Assembly (NCBI GenBank): GCA_051294905.1 | Contig: CM119371.1 | Span: 24,182,001 to 24,242,000, forward strand | Direction: 5' to 3' | From: Botryllus schlosseri | Lineage: Eukaryota | Length of the DNA: 60,000 nucleotides | In this document: positions 39,301 through 52,157 of the stretch, one piece after another | Numbering within the stretch: position 1 is the first letter of the stretch | Layout: every line of letters begins with the position of its first letter | Notes under the pieces: model-generated | Database searches by the model: none | Seen by the model: only the letters and a program-made list of their open reading frames with translations | Told to the model about the DNA's origin: nothing | Translations under genes and position numbers: made by a program

Positions 39301-39789
39301 TCTTCGCTGCGGCATGTGTGCAATCTTTCGCCGTTTTGCCTCTGCCATGACTGCACTATTGTTGCTCCAATTCATAAACTACTGCTATCGACTCTGAAGC
39401 ATTCAAAGAACACGTGTTACAGTACTACTAATGACTCATCAACCCAAAACGCGCTTGAACAGAACCACAACCGCTACTAACAGACTCTACCTCAGCAAAA
39501 CAGACTTTCAATTTCGTAAAGCGAAGCTCCCGAATCCGAGTCAGCTGTTGCAGTAATCAGTGAAGCTTAGCCGATTACCCAATCAAGAACCGTGGTTTCG
39601 TGATTGCCCGCCTCTGCTGTCGGTTGCCCGCCCACTCTTCAACAACGACTTTCAAACGCATTTAGACAAATGTTAGCGGCTTTCCTGGGAGCTTCTTTCA
39701 AGCCCATTATTGTTTTTTTTACAATAATCTACAGAATAAGTGATGGACACGCAGAATTCCAAACATTTTCCAAATTTTGAACAACCCTA
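36358..39789 (-). mobile_element. full-length hAT DNA transposon (hATm-like), copy 2
   Basis: Same TIRs as copy 1; perfect TSD ATATCCAC (36350-36357 and 39790-39797); nearly identical to copy 1. Confidence 0.95.
37063..39348 (-). pseudogene. hAT transposase of copy 2 (disrupted)
   Basis: Retains FDTTASNSG but has a 13-bp deletion at ~38027, nonsense codons at ~38437 and ~39022 and further frameshifts. Confidence 0.9.
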
Positions 39790-40159
39790 ATATCCACCAA
39801 CCACCATAGCACATTACAAAGTAGACTAAGTGCATTTGTATCGAATGCAAAAATAATTGTTTCAGAGCAGATCATCACGGATGTACCGTCTCATATTTGC
39901 TAGTATAGTTAGTAATGCATTCCCACCTCAAGGAAATGGTTTTATACAGAGCACTGAGTCGCTTATACACACTCGATAATCTTTGAACCATAGAAATTCA
40001 CTGACTGAATATTTGTCACTCTATGTTCGTTCGATGATTTGCATGGACTCTCTCGATTATTTTAGGTGACTACGCGAAATGAGTGTCAGACATTCCAGCG
40101 AGCAATTATATAATGGTCTCGAATAATCACTGCTGACAAGTTGCATCATTATCATTCAG

Positions 40160-40327
40160 CTTGCCAAGCTGTCGTTATGGGATTGTACGATGACGTCAGA
40201 TATCTACGGTAACGTTGCGGATATTATCAGCATCACGGGATGTTCGACAATATTTTTTGGAGAATGCGATTTGACGAAACAAAAGTTGCAAAGTTTCACG
40301 GAAACCGGCAAGAATATTAAAATATCT
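40160..40327 (+). CDS. LRR exon A3
   Basis: ttcag|CTT..TCT|gtaagt, 168 nt: LAKLSLWDCTMTSDIYGNVADIISITGCSTIFFGECDLTKQKLQSFTETGKNIKIS. Confidence 0.85.
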
Positions 40328-40475
40328 GTAAGTTACAAATTTCTCTGATTGATTTGATTGGTTTTGATATGAATAATTCGTATTATGAAAAGAAGTACCA
40401 AGAAGTGAATCGAACTTAAACTATATACAGTAATTGTAAATAAATCGGATATGATGATTATATCTTATTTCATAG

Positions 40476-40643
40476 CTCTCCAAGCTCCACATAAGCGATG
40501 TCAAAATGCCCACTGAATGTTACCGCGAAATCGCAACTACACTCAAGTCCATCAGTTGCGAAGAGATCGTGTTCGGAAACTGTGAATTGACGGATCTGAA
40601 GCTTTTAGAATTCTACACTGGATGTAAAGACAACGATCTATAT
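40476..40643 (+). CDS. LRR exon B3
   Basis: catag|CTC..TAT|gtaagt, 168 nt: LSKLHISDVKMPTECYREIATTLKSISCEEIVFGNCELTDLKLLEFYTGCKDNDLY. Confidence 0.85.
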
Positions 40644-42872
40644 GTAAGTTTAGTTAATGTACCGAAAACGTGCATTGTTTGTATCACGAGTGATCGCTAA
40701 GTTTTCATTTGGTTTATCATTCCTACCCGCATATCACACAATTATATTATTCGCAGAATGTCATGCGTTTGACGAGTGATATTTACAGTACTTATTCCGG
40801 AGATTGGTAGATTAAAGTGACTTCTGTGCTGGAAAAGTAGTCAGAAATCCTTCCAAATAATGAGCACACAACACAAATTGACAAAATGAATTACTGAACA
40901 ACTCGTGGACTATTGCAATGCGTTTGATCGCTGCAACCAAATCCCGCATGCTAGAGACCGTTCGAAAATGCCGTTGACTGTATTGCAGTTTGCAACGCAC
41001 TGATAAGAATTGCGATGATAGTTGGGGGTAGCCCAGTAAATAAGAAGGGTAAGTTAAAATGGAATTAGTATAGAGAGCTATGCAAATTTGTTCTGGATAC
41101 GCGGCCAACGATAATACAGCTTATACACTACATCGTTGGATTTCCTAGATTAAAATGCGATACAATCATAATTTCATTGAATAAGTTAATGACGACAAGA
41201 ACTGTGGGATGTAAGAAGAATAAATCAGCAAAATCGTAGAAGTTATGCTTATTTATTTCTCGACCTTTTTGACACTGGAAATGATAGATAATAAGAATTG
41301 GAATCTTCTCGCGCTCTCTAATTCAGTATCCCTGCAAAGAAACATTTCTACTATTCTGAAACTTGACTCATATATCAGTTTTCAGTGCGTGACAGCCTCT
41401 TGAAATTCCCGACTATGACGTACCGTTTGAACCGTGTGGTGTTTCATACATTTTCCGCACAATTCAATCCAAGGAAGTTTTACGAATAACATCATAAGCT
41501 ACTGCAAAGATTAGCATATATACGGGACTGCAATATTTTTATTTCAATATACGAGCTCGGAAGATGTTGATGAAATATAGTTTACTAGAGATGTTGCAAA
41601 CATTTATTTACGTTGGTGTACGGCTTGGAATCCGTGAGCTACGTGTCCACAAACTAATTTTGTATGAAGTACCAGTAGTTCCCAATAATCTTAGCAATAG
41701 TCGTAAAAATTCTTGAGATGGTAACTGCACCGCGATGTCAGCAAAGGAAGTTTAACCCAAACGTAAGAGGTAAATTGAGATGTAATTAATTTTTAACAAT
41801 TTCGATAAAGTTGCTTGACATATCACACCATAGTAATTCCTAATAATTAAATACCTCACTTTCGGTACTTCTACGTATTGGAATATGCATATAAATATGC
41901 CTGTACAAGTAAAAGGTTAGCTCTGTGTCATAACGAAGAACCAGTGTATTTGGGTATGTTTTGCAAACTAATTATTTGACTTTCTGGGTAAGCTAGGGTA
42001 ACATAAAATAAGCGTTCATTCAATACTTGCCGTAGATTCTTAACACTTGCGGCGCAAATTCACTAGGGTTCCACTATAATATCACGTACGAGTTGTTGGT
42101 ATTACTATGTCACGTGATAAAACACTCCGTTCGATCAATAACTACTATGTCGCTAAATTTTAACGACACAAATACCACTCCTGCTCCGCCGATAACGCTG
42201 ATAACGCCAGGTGCAACAGTAATATATGCAACTACCATTACTTTTGTCAAATATACATCAGTTTACTTTGATGTAATTTCCGGGTCGCTCGGCTAAGAAA
42301 ACGATGGTGACTCATCTGAAAAGTAGTGTTGTGATGTGCGCGTATGCTGGCAGTTTTGGTACGCTCATCGAATCGACTTTGATCTGCGATATTGCTACAA
42401 CAGTCGGCCATGTTGCTGCAAGCGAATTCGCCTTGTAACCTCGTTGTCAATTATATTTATATTTAAATACTTATGTTTATGACAAGATAGAACAGGGTGA
42501 AGGGCTGCATGCGATCGTCACCGCAACTTTTTGGGATCCCTAAATGCAAAAATATTTTGAAAACATCGCATGTATATTAGAGAATCAGAATGTCGTTAAA
42601 CACCGGAATTTCCCTGCTATTTCCAACTACGAATTAGACATGTAGAGGCCAAATATACTAAGGCACTTCATTGATTATTTCCTATTTGACTCAGTTGCTC
42701 AATCTGATGAGTAAATCGTAAACGTAAATCGTAATCGCCAGGACATCGCTACGTGTATTGCTAATTCCTGTTTCGCAACCTTTCTTAAACAAAAGAGTAA
42801 ATAAACAATAATCCAATTTAGAGTATACAGTTGCAACGCAATCGGTAATTAAAAAGACTGTTTATTTTGTAG
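40476..42872 (+). repeat. second tandem duplication unit (B exon plus following intron), paralogous to 42873-47769
   Basis: Collinear once the three MITEs at 43463, 44913 and 45624 are removed from the second copy. Confidence 0.85.
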
Positions 42873-43040
42873 CTCTCAACTCTGTCTATAATCGATGCCA
42901 AAATGCCTGCTGAAAGTTTTCGTGAAATCGCAATCACACTCAAGACCACATGCTGCAAAGAGATGCAGTTCGAAAACTGCGAATTGACGAGTCGGAAGCT
43001 GTTTGAATTCTACACTGGATGTAACGACAACGATCTATCG
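42873..43040 (+). CDS. LRR exon B4
   Basis: tgtag|CTC..TCG|gtaagt, 168 nt: LSTLSIIDAKMPAESFREIAITLKTTCCKEMQFENCELTSRKLFEFYTGCNDNDLS. Confidence 0.85.
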
Positions 43041-43462
43041 GTAAGTTTATTTAGTGTAGAGAAAACGTGTACTGCTTGTATCATGAGTGCCCGCTAAGTT
43101 TTCGTTAGGTTTCTACTTCCTACCCGCAGATCACGCAATAATACTAATCCCAGAATATAATGTTTTAGACGAGTGATATTGACATTACTGTACTTATTCC
43201 GCGGATGGGCAGATCTAAGTGACTTCTGTGCTTGAAAAGCAGTCACAAATCCATCCAATAATGAGCACACAACACAAAATTGACAGAATGAATTACTGAG
43301 CGACAGGTGGACTCTTGTAATGCTTTTAATCACTGCAACCAAAGCCCGGATGGGGGGAACAGTTAAAAATGCAATTGAATTTATTGCATCACACTGATCA
43401 GAATTGCAATGATAGTTAGAGGTAGCCCAATAAATTAGACAAGTCAGTGAAAATGAAATTAG

Positions 43463-44452
43463 TAAGGGTGGTGTGAATCTCAAAGGTTCAGGTCCGTGTG
43501 AACGCGTACCTTTCTGAAAGGTTCTGTGCGAACGCGTACCTCATGACGTGACATGATGGTATATTGCTGATTGCAACCCTACATTTCAGTGAAGTAGTAG
43601 TCTATATTAATGTACACGATACCTAGTGACGACTCTGGCCACATAAATGCCAACTGCTGAATTAATATATTGACGTTTTAAACGTCGCCAAATGTATCAA
43701 CTGGGGCAATCGAATGATATAATAATCCTATAAAATCAATATCTTCCGTGGCTTTGCCAACAATTTCGACGAGGACTTACAAAGAAATGTTAGCTTACGC
43801 CTTAACGGTCTAGGCCTGTCTGGGCAATGTATTCGGCGTCTGCGTATTTCTACGTTGATATTGAGCAGAGTGTACAACGGGTTTAAATACTTGCTACCGA
43901 TATCACCCCATTACCAAGTTATACAGCAGTAGCCAACACCCCAGTCGCATCAATTTGGTTTTTATGGTACCGAAAAAATAGGAAGTCAGATTGAACCCGT
44001 ATGTCTGCTTGATTTTCTTTACATCAGACAACGATAGCAACCTCATTGATTGGTTGAATAATCAACATTCGCTGACGACATGTATAGTCTATTTCGCTCT
44101 TGATGTTGTGTGATTGCGGGTCAAGCTCACAGTAAAGAGTAACTACCTATTCATAAACGGAAAGCTGGATATTTCGAGCAATTGTAACAAAGCTAGTAAT
44201 TTTTGGTGATTGCCAAGGTACATGCTTGTTTAGTATTGATTTTGTATGCTGCTATAGTGCCGTACGTAGAGTGGCCCGCAGTTCAAATGCAATAAATTTC
44301 AACCAAAGATGTTTTAATGAAGTCAAATGTGTAAAATATGAAAATGTTTCACGGGGCAGAACCTACCAAGGTTCGATTGTGAATGTGAACCTTTACATTT
44401 CTGACATTCCCACACACCACGCGAACTGATCCTCACGCTCACTCAATCCCTA
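43463..44452 (+). mobile_element. ~990-bp hAT MITE (uninterrupted relative of 24429)
   Basis: Ends TAAGGGTGGTGTGAA / CTCACTCAATCCCTA, near-TSD GAAATTAG / CAAATTAA; empty site at ~41061 and ~59232; holds a single AGGTACAT at 44216. Confidence 0.75.
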
Positions 44453-44912
44453 CAAATTAATATCAAGTGATATGCAAATCCGTTCTGAATATACCACCAC
44501 CAACAATATTGCTTGTACACTACGTTGTTGGATTTCCTAGATTATAATGCGAAACAATCATAATTTCATTGAAGAAGGTAATCACGAAACGAACTGAGTG
44601 GTATATGAGAAGAATAAATGAGCAAATTCGTAGACATGACGCTTATTATTTGTCGTCATTTTCTCGACATTTTTGTTACTGGAAAGGACATATAATCAAT
44701 ATTTGAATCATATTGTGCTATCTAATTAGGTACCTCTGCATAGAAAAACATCTACTATTCTAAAACTTGATTCAGATATCAAATTTTATTGTGTGACAGC
44801 CTACTGAAATTCTTGACTATTAGATACTGTTTGAATCGTGTGCTGTTTCATAAATTCTTCACACAGCTGAACCTGCGTGAGGACGTTTTGCGAATAGCAC
44901 CATAAGCTACAT

Positions 44913-45316
44913 TAGTGTTACCATACGTCCTCTTTTAGAAGGATTTGTCCTCTTTTTTCAAAAAATTGAAATTGTCCTCGGAGGACGCTTAAATGTCCTT
45001 TTTTTTAAACTGGTCCTTTTTTTTACAAAAAGTATTAAAATACCATCAAAAACTCGACTCCGACGCAGCGAACGTGTATAACGAAGGTCGGGTCGAAGTG
45101 TTGACCTTTTTTGGCAACACCACAGACTTATCGTAATTATGCGGGTGACTCGGGATTCGGGTCGTGTCTAAGTGATGACTTTTATATTTTTTTTAGTCAA
45201 CGCATGTACTATTGGTCGAAAACCTTCAAAATTAACCATTTTCTTTTCCGTTATTACAAATTTCATAGATTGTAAAATGGTTCCTCTTTTTCGGAACTCA
45301 AAATATGATAACCCTA
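44913..45316. mobile_element. hAT MITE with TAGGGTTACCATA-type TIRs
   Basis: TAGTGTTACCATA / TATGATAACCCTA, GTCCTC subterminal repeats; absent from the paralogous intron at ~41500. Confidence 0.7.
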
Positions 45317-45623
45317 GCAAAAATGGGGGGTTGGAATATACTATTCATTTACGATTTCTGAACATCTTGATGAAAACTTAATTTACTAGAGGAGATGATG
45401 ACAGCATTTATCCTCGTTAGTGCTCGGCAATGTTGCTTGACATATCACGCCATAGTAATTCCTATTAATTCAATAACTCACTATGGTTTCTTCTACGTTC
45501 TTGGACTATGCCTCTATATCCCTCCCTACAGTTACAAGGTTAGCTCCGTCTAATAAAACAGAACCAGTGTATTTGGGAATGTTGTGCAAGCCAATTATTC
45601 GGCTTTCTGGCTATAAGCTAGGG

Positions 45624-46863
45624 CAGGGGTGGGCAAACTACGGCCCGCTGGCCGCATGCGGCCCACGACACCATTTTGTGCGCCCCGCGAAAGGCTCGAG
45701 AATTGTATCTAAAATACTGAAAAAAAGCACAGTAAAAATATAATTTCTGCAGGGAATCGATTAAACTTTTTCTCATTATAGTTCACGATGATAAATATAA
45801 GTTATATTCTGACTAGTCCATTTTTATTTCATTGTTGGTGTGATAGCTCGATCTCAAGGCCCACGCATTTTAAAAGGTTTTAATTGCTAAACATTACAGA
45901 AATTCAAAACGGGAATGACTCTTGGATCACAAGTGTAATTTTATATTGGCCACTCCAGCAAGTTTATATTACTTTTAATGCTGTACTTGGAAAAACCGAT
46001 TGGCGCGTGTGAAAGATTCGCTCTCTCGTAGAAGTCTTTATATTTATAACATCTGTATACAGCATATTTGAAGCTAACATGGTTGTGACGCTGTCAGCAT
46101 TGTGTGTCCTGGACTTAAACCAAAAGTAGAATCAGCAAATCAATAAGCAGATCACTGCTCACAGATTCAAATCTTCCTACCGTTCTAAGAATCGGGACAA
46201 GCGACTTTCATCCTTAGGTTTAAAAAATGGTTATATTGACATTGGCCAGCAACTTATGAAATCTCGCCAATGTTTCTGACGCTTCTACCATATCTTCAAA
46301 TCAATGGTTGGTTGGTTTTAAATAATTTATAATTTATAATTTATAATTTCCACATCCTCACTATATAATCAAACACCAATATTGTGCTTTGGTTTATAAT
46401 CCCAATTTTATATAGTGCGGTAGGCGAATGGATTTAGATGTTGAATGCTCGGTCCACGAGTGTTTTTCTTTGCGAACTAGTTACTGATGAGGACTAAAAC
46501 AACAATTCGCGCTCCGCGCGATTTGCCTATGGTTCATGCTTATTGCGCTGTCTATTGTCCATATTTCATATTTGATAATTCGCTCGTCTACAGCTATTAC
46601 CTTCAATGCCATCAAACTATCCGTTAGGATTGCTAGCAATCGGATTCCGCTCTTGGATATTTTTTGATATCAAGTTGAAGGAGGTGCAAAATTTTTCACT
46701 ATGATGAGGGGGGCGTGTCTGATAAAGTATAAGCACCACTACTAGATGATTATATAACAATATTGCTTTTTTGGCTAATAATCTCAATTTAATATGGTGC
46801 GGCCCGCGAATGGATTTATATGTTTAATGCGGCCCGCAAGCCCAAAAGTTCCCCCCCCCCCTG
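45624..46863. mobile_element. hAT-Charlie-like non-autonomous element
   Basis: CAGGGGTGGGCAAACTACGGCCCG .. GCGGCCCGC..CCCCCTG; perfect TSD AGCTAGGG; empty site at 41991. Confidence 0.85.
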
Positions 46864-47769
46864 AGCTAGGGTAATATACTGTAAGCATTGATTCATAATA
46901 TCTGCTATGACTTCTTGGCACTTGCAGCGCAAAGTGACTCGAGATCCATTATAATTTGATTCACGCATGCATATAACACCTTGATCGATCATTAACTATT
47001 CCTGCACTAAATTTTAAAGAAACTACTACCACACTAGTTTGGCCAATAACGCTGATCACATGCGGGGACAAATGTTATAAATTAACCAGTATACAACTAC
47101 TGTCACTTTCGGCAAAATATGAATAAGTTTACTTTGAGTGAATTTCCCGACTCGTGCGTCTATAAGTAAATCAATGCGACTCATATGAAGAGAAGTGTGG
47201 GATCTAAACGTCTGCTGGGAAATTTGGTAGGCGTGGCGAATCGACATTGTTCTTCGATATTGCTACAGTAGTCGACCATCTTGCTGTGAGCGAATTCGCC
47301 TTGTAACCACGTTGTCAATTATATATATATATATGTATAAATACACATGTTTATGGCGTGAGAGAACAGGGTGAAGGGGTGCATGCGTTCGTCACAACAG
47401 CTTTTAGGGATCGCGTAATACAAAAATATTGAAGAATTGTCGCAGACTTTCATTATATACCCTAATTTCACTACTATTTCCAACTACGAATTAGACAGCT
47501 CCAGGCGCAAATATAGTAAGACCATGGTCATTGGATTGACTATTATCCAATTTAACCAAATTGATTCTGAAAGTTTAGAGTGCATTTTTTATCAAATTGC
47601 TCAGCCTAATAATTAAATCATAAACGTAAACCGTGATCGCTGTCACATTGCTACGTCTAGTGGTAATTCATGTTTCGCGACATTTCTAAAATTAGGAAGT
47701 ATAGAAACAGTCATCTACTCTACAGAGTTGTAAGGTAATCGGTAATTGTGAAGAACGCTTATTTTGTAG

Positions 47770-47937
47770 CTCTCAAATCTGATCATTATCGATGCCAAAA
47801 TGTCTGCTGAAAGTTTTCGTGGAATTGCAATCACACTCAAGACCACATGTTGCAAAGAGATTAATTTCAGAAACTGCGAATTGACGGCACGCAAGCTCTC
47901 GGAATTCATCAATGGATGTAAAGACTACCATCTATCT
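47770..47937 (+). CDS. LRR exon B5
   Basis: tgtag|CTC..TCT|gtaagt, 168 nt: LSNLIIIDAKMSAESFRGIAITLKTTCCKEINFRNCELTARKLSEFINGCKDYHLS. Confidence 0.85.
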
Positions 47938-49364
47938 GTAAGTTAGAATAATGTTCCTGAAAGGCGAATTATTTAGATTGGGTGTGAAAATAAGGGCGAT
48001 CGTGATCTGTCGGTAGATTGCGAGATCCAATCGAAAGTCACAAAACTATACTGATAGTAGGTCTTCTTGGGTGTGAGGGCAATATTGACTGGAATTTGCC
48101 ATTGCTCACGGGTTTGGTAGACCATAGGATGACTGCTGCATCTGTAAAGTAGACAGCGAATCACCCCCTGGTCAGTATCGGAAAAATGAATCGAAGCAAG
48201 TTCAATATATCCCAGAGGTATTTGAATATGTGCTTGGAATTGAATGGCATGCAAATTCATTTCAATATGCAGCAACCATTGATCCGGTCAATACATGATA
48301 TGTATTATACATGGTATGTATTATTTAATACATTAAAGTCTGGTACAACCGAAATTTCAGGATTTGTATTGCAAAGGCTAGCAATAACTGCAGAGTCTGG
48401 CCAAGAAAATGTCGTCTAGCGATAATTGCAAGAAAAGAAAGTATGAACAGGAAAATGGAACGGTAACTAGAAACGTCAATACGAAACCAAACAACAAAAC
48501 TTTGTCACGAGTTACCCAACGGAAACGGATTTACGGAGTAATAAAATTACCGAGCTGAAACATTCCTTACATTCTAATCAGAACTTAAAGGAACTACTCC
48601 GCACTGCTTTGTCGTCATATCAGTCAGATTTCATACACATGGAAGCCCTGGTGGAGACGAACCATATAACCACACAATATTGAACTAAATTCGGAAGCCT
48701 AGATTTCATTTGACGAAATATATCCGTATTCATAATTTTGTGTTGTGGCTATTTTAACGATAAGATTCTTGATTTGCGGCACACGCATGAAGAAGGTCTT
48801 TCCACCCTGATATATATATATATATATATATTTACCTATTAGACTACTTTGGTGGACAGTCCTGTTTTGAAGCAGTTGGGCGACAATTATCGCCAACAGA
48901 AGGAGACAAGCTAGGCGTCTGAAAATAACTCGATTGGTTTTGGAATATCGATTCCGCGCTTCGTCACTGGTGATTTGCGGTTTATATCGCAGCGTTTAGA
49001 ATATACACGAAATGTCCTCCAACTGCGGTCGCCCTAATTTTTCCCAACTTTTGCAATATCTAATAGACCACTTTAGTGGACATTTGTTACTTAGGGAGAC
49101 AATTCGCCATTTTGAATTACCAGACCATGACCATTGCTGTTACTGAACTAAGGTGGACATTGACGTCGTATTATATGACAAGGTTCGGGAACCAGTTTCG
49201 TCAAAAGAGTCATTTACCAATGACAATCACTTTTGACGTCACTATTTGAAATCCACGACGTCATCCTTGTACGATATCGATGATCGCGATACATAATTCG
49301 CCGTTTGTTTGTTTTTTATTCATGGTGTTTTGACTAATTTGGTAGTTTTAGAGTATGCCTATAT

Positions 49365-49577
49365 TCATTTTTTGATTCCGTATTCACCGACTTTTAGCAC
49401 AGCCCACTCCTAGGATTTTATAAATCACCGCTTACGCGGATCACATGACAACGAGGAGCCTAGATAAACCTCCAACACTTGGGTAGGAATTCTCGTGTCG
49501 TCCTCAGCCGGACTCGAACCAACAACCCATTGGTGTTGCAGCTGTGGATTATACCAATGACCACGCCATTTCACCAC
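49365..49577 (-). mobile_element. tRNA-derived SINE (same family as 13297)
   Basis: Reverse complement shows GCTGCAACACCAATG..GGTTCGAGTCCG and the shared body; a further degenerate head at ~51250-51360. Confidence 0.7.
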
Positions 49578-49988
49578 GCACATATTTGCGTTTGAAAACT
49601 GCTGTGAAAATACGGAACATGTGTCTTTATAAGAAGCTACAGTTGGCCATGCTGCAGATTAGATCACCAGTTCTCTACGGCTAGTAGGCAAATAACTACG
49701 ACATTCAATAGCTACTTTGCTGCGATAGCAGATCTCAGTTACCATAAAATAATAAATATATTCATTTATTATAATCGACCCTAATATCCATCGGAAGCTT
49801 CTTGTTTCATAGACTTGGAGTGTATTAGCAGGTATAAGGCAATTTTCGGCTTAACGTATAAGGCACACTTTTTGATCAATTATTACTAGTGCTGCAAGAC
49901 AGAAACCTTCGAATAAATACCACATTAACATGTCTGTACCTCCTATCTCAGACTCTCGTCATGTTAAAGCCGCTTCAAATCGTTACGG

Positions 49989-50992
49989 ATTAGCTGGAAA
50001 TTAGTCCACTTCATTAAAATAACTCCATTAAAGGGTGGTGGGATAATTTTTTGAAATTAAGGACGACGAAAATGAAATGAGCTGACAAGCAGGTAAAATA
50101 CGGGTAAATATATTCCTCCAGTGATAGTAACATGTATTTTTGTCGGACCAATTTTGATTTCATGAAATCATTCCCAGTTATGCAGGGCACATCGATGTCT
50201 CTCTGCCTTGATTCGAAGTTTTTACTGATTGCAAAGTCGCCATTCCTAAAATCTCATCCACAGAGACATCAATTGCATTCCTCAGCAACTCAGCGTTCCA
50301 ATATTTCTCTGCCACTTGACATTGACTGATCCAGGGCGTAAATGATGCCGATTGCAATTGAGAATGGACTATGCCAATGAATGGTATTTATGAGTTGAAA
50401 AAGCATTTATGGTACTTCACTTAGGCGTTGATACTAGAGCTGTGTATGTGCTGGAAACTTTGCGAGCTTCAGGGAAATTAAATGGTAACCCACTGAGCTT
50501 ATAAAGCACATTAGATATTTTCTGGTCTTTCAATATCACCAGAACCCCCTTCTTGTCATAAAGTAATAAAAAACATTGGTGATTTAACACGATATATGGA
50601 TACAATTAGTTATTAGATGGTATTCACCGAATGTGGAGGATGACATGAAAAAAGGACGATGACTTTTGATAGGAATAAGATCTGTCACGATGCCAATTAG
50701 TCTTATAATCCGCCTGTAAGAGTACTATATAGGCTAGGAGTGCTGCAGAGGACATGATAGAATAATTCATAAATATCAAATTGCATCGTGAAGGAATCTA
50801 CCTTGGACCGATAAAGAATATAGATATTGACTATCACTTGAAAAATATACTTACCCGTATTTTGTGTGCTTATTATCAGTTCATTTCCTTATTGTGGTCG
50901 TGAATTTCAGTGTGTAAAGTACTGTATTTGAGAATTATCTCACCATCGTTTCAACGTGTCTATCCAAATGAAGTGGACCAATTTACAGCTAA
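49989..50992. mobile_element. ~1-kb element with ~140-160-bp imperfect TIRs
   Basis: ATTAGCTGGAAATTAGTCCACTTCATT..AAAATACGGGTAAATATATT..AGTGATAGT pairs with the reverse complement of 50830-50992. Confidence 0.65.
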
Positions 50993-52157
50993 TATGTGTC
51001 ATCAATTTCTTTCAGTTACTGGCGATGTATGCCTTGTCAAGATCAAAACATGTGTAAAAGACATCCCTGCCTCCTAAGGCATAAATAGAACACGATTTCT
51101 GGACATGTCGGTGTGACGAAATCGGTCACCGTAAATACTATTATTCTAGCAGCGCAGCACGAAATCCAGCAAACCTAACCGAACATTCGCCGCATTCACA
51201 GACACGCCTATGAGATCTTCAATTCAATCAAGCTCGTTAGTAGAGCGTAGCGAGATAGCGTTTAGTGGAATAATCCACAACCGCAAAACCAGCTGATTGC
51301 GGTTTCAGGTCCGACCGAGGTCGACTCCAAATTTGTACTGTGTTAAAGGTTTATCTCGGTTTCTACGTACCACTCATTTGCGTAATCGTTGTCTTATGAA
51401 CGTAAATATCGCATACAAAGATATCGGCAATGTGAACAATATAGTCGAGCACCATGAATATCAAACAATAACGACCAAAATTGTTGCGTTACGCTATATT
51501 GCGGCGTGAAAATTGCTTTCATGAATCGCATCGATCTGATGTCATAGTTCAGATACGCGCCTTTCGCAGATGAAACATATTAACCTAGCTTTATCGGCTC
51601 GGAGCCGAATGAATCTTCACTAATCTATACTAAAACAGTCAGAGTGGGTTTGTTGATGCAGCCATCCATCCAATCTTATCGAGTACACCAGTCAAACCAA
51701 ATTCGAAATAGTGAGGTGATGTAATATTGACCTTGATACCGATAGCTTTCCTTCATGTGTAATTTCGTCATTAAATGCTATATTTGTCGTCAAGACTACG
51801 TGGACTACGGGTTTTTGTAAAGTATCATAACTTTTACGAGTAATTACCGTGCCCGATAAATTATAATCACAATAATCAACATGGTCAAAATGCCGAATCA
51901 TATATAAGATTATCCCAACCGGGGCCTACGATAACTGGCCTACGATCGTAGGCCCCTAGGCCCCGTCCCAACCTATCTTCATTGCCAATTGCGAGTCTTC
52001 TTGATTACCCTGGCGCTTGATGGGTTCATCATCATTGTAAACGAGGTATTACATGCGACCTAATGTTATTTAATAGGCTCCAGGCTCCGCCTATGCATGC
52101 AGGAGGCCTGTGCTTCAAGTCCCGCACTGATCATAAATGGACTGTACGTACGTACAC

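Larger units (their letters stand above)
32030..41700 (+). repeat. segmental tandem duplication unit (B..A-B), paralogous to ~47650-59880
   Basis: After removing element insertions, 33040-33919 + 35585-36357 + 39790-41690 are collinear with 48361-48810 + 56990-59880. Confidence 0.85.
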
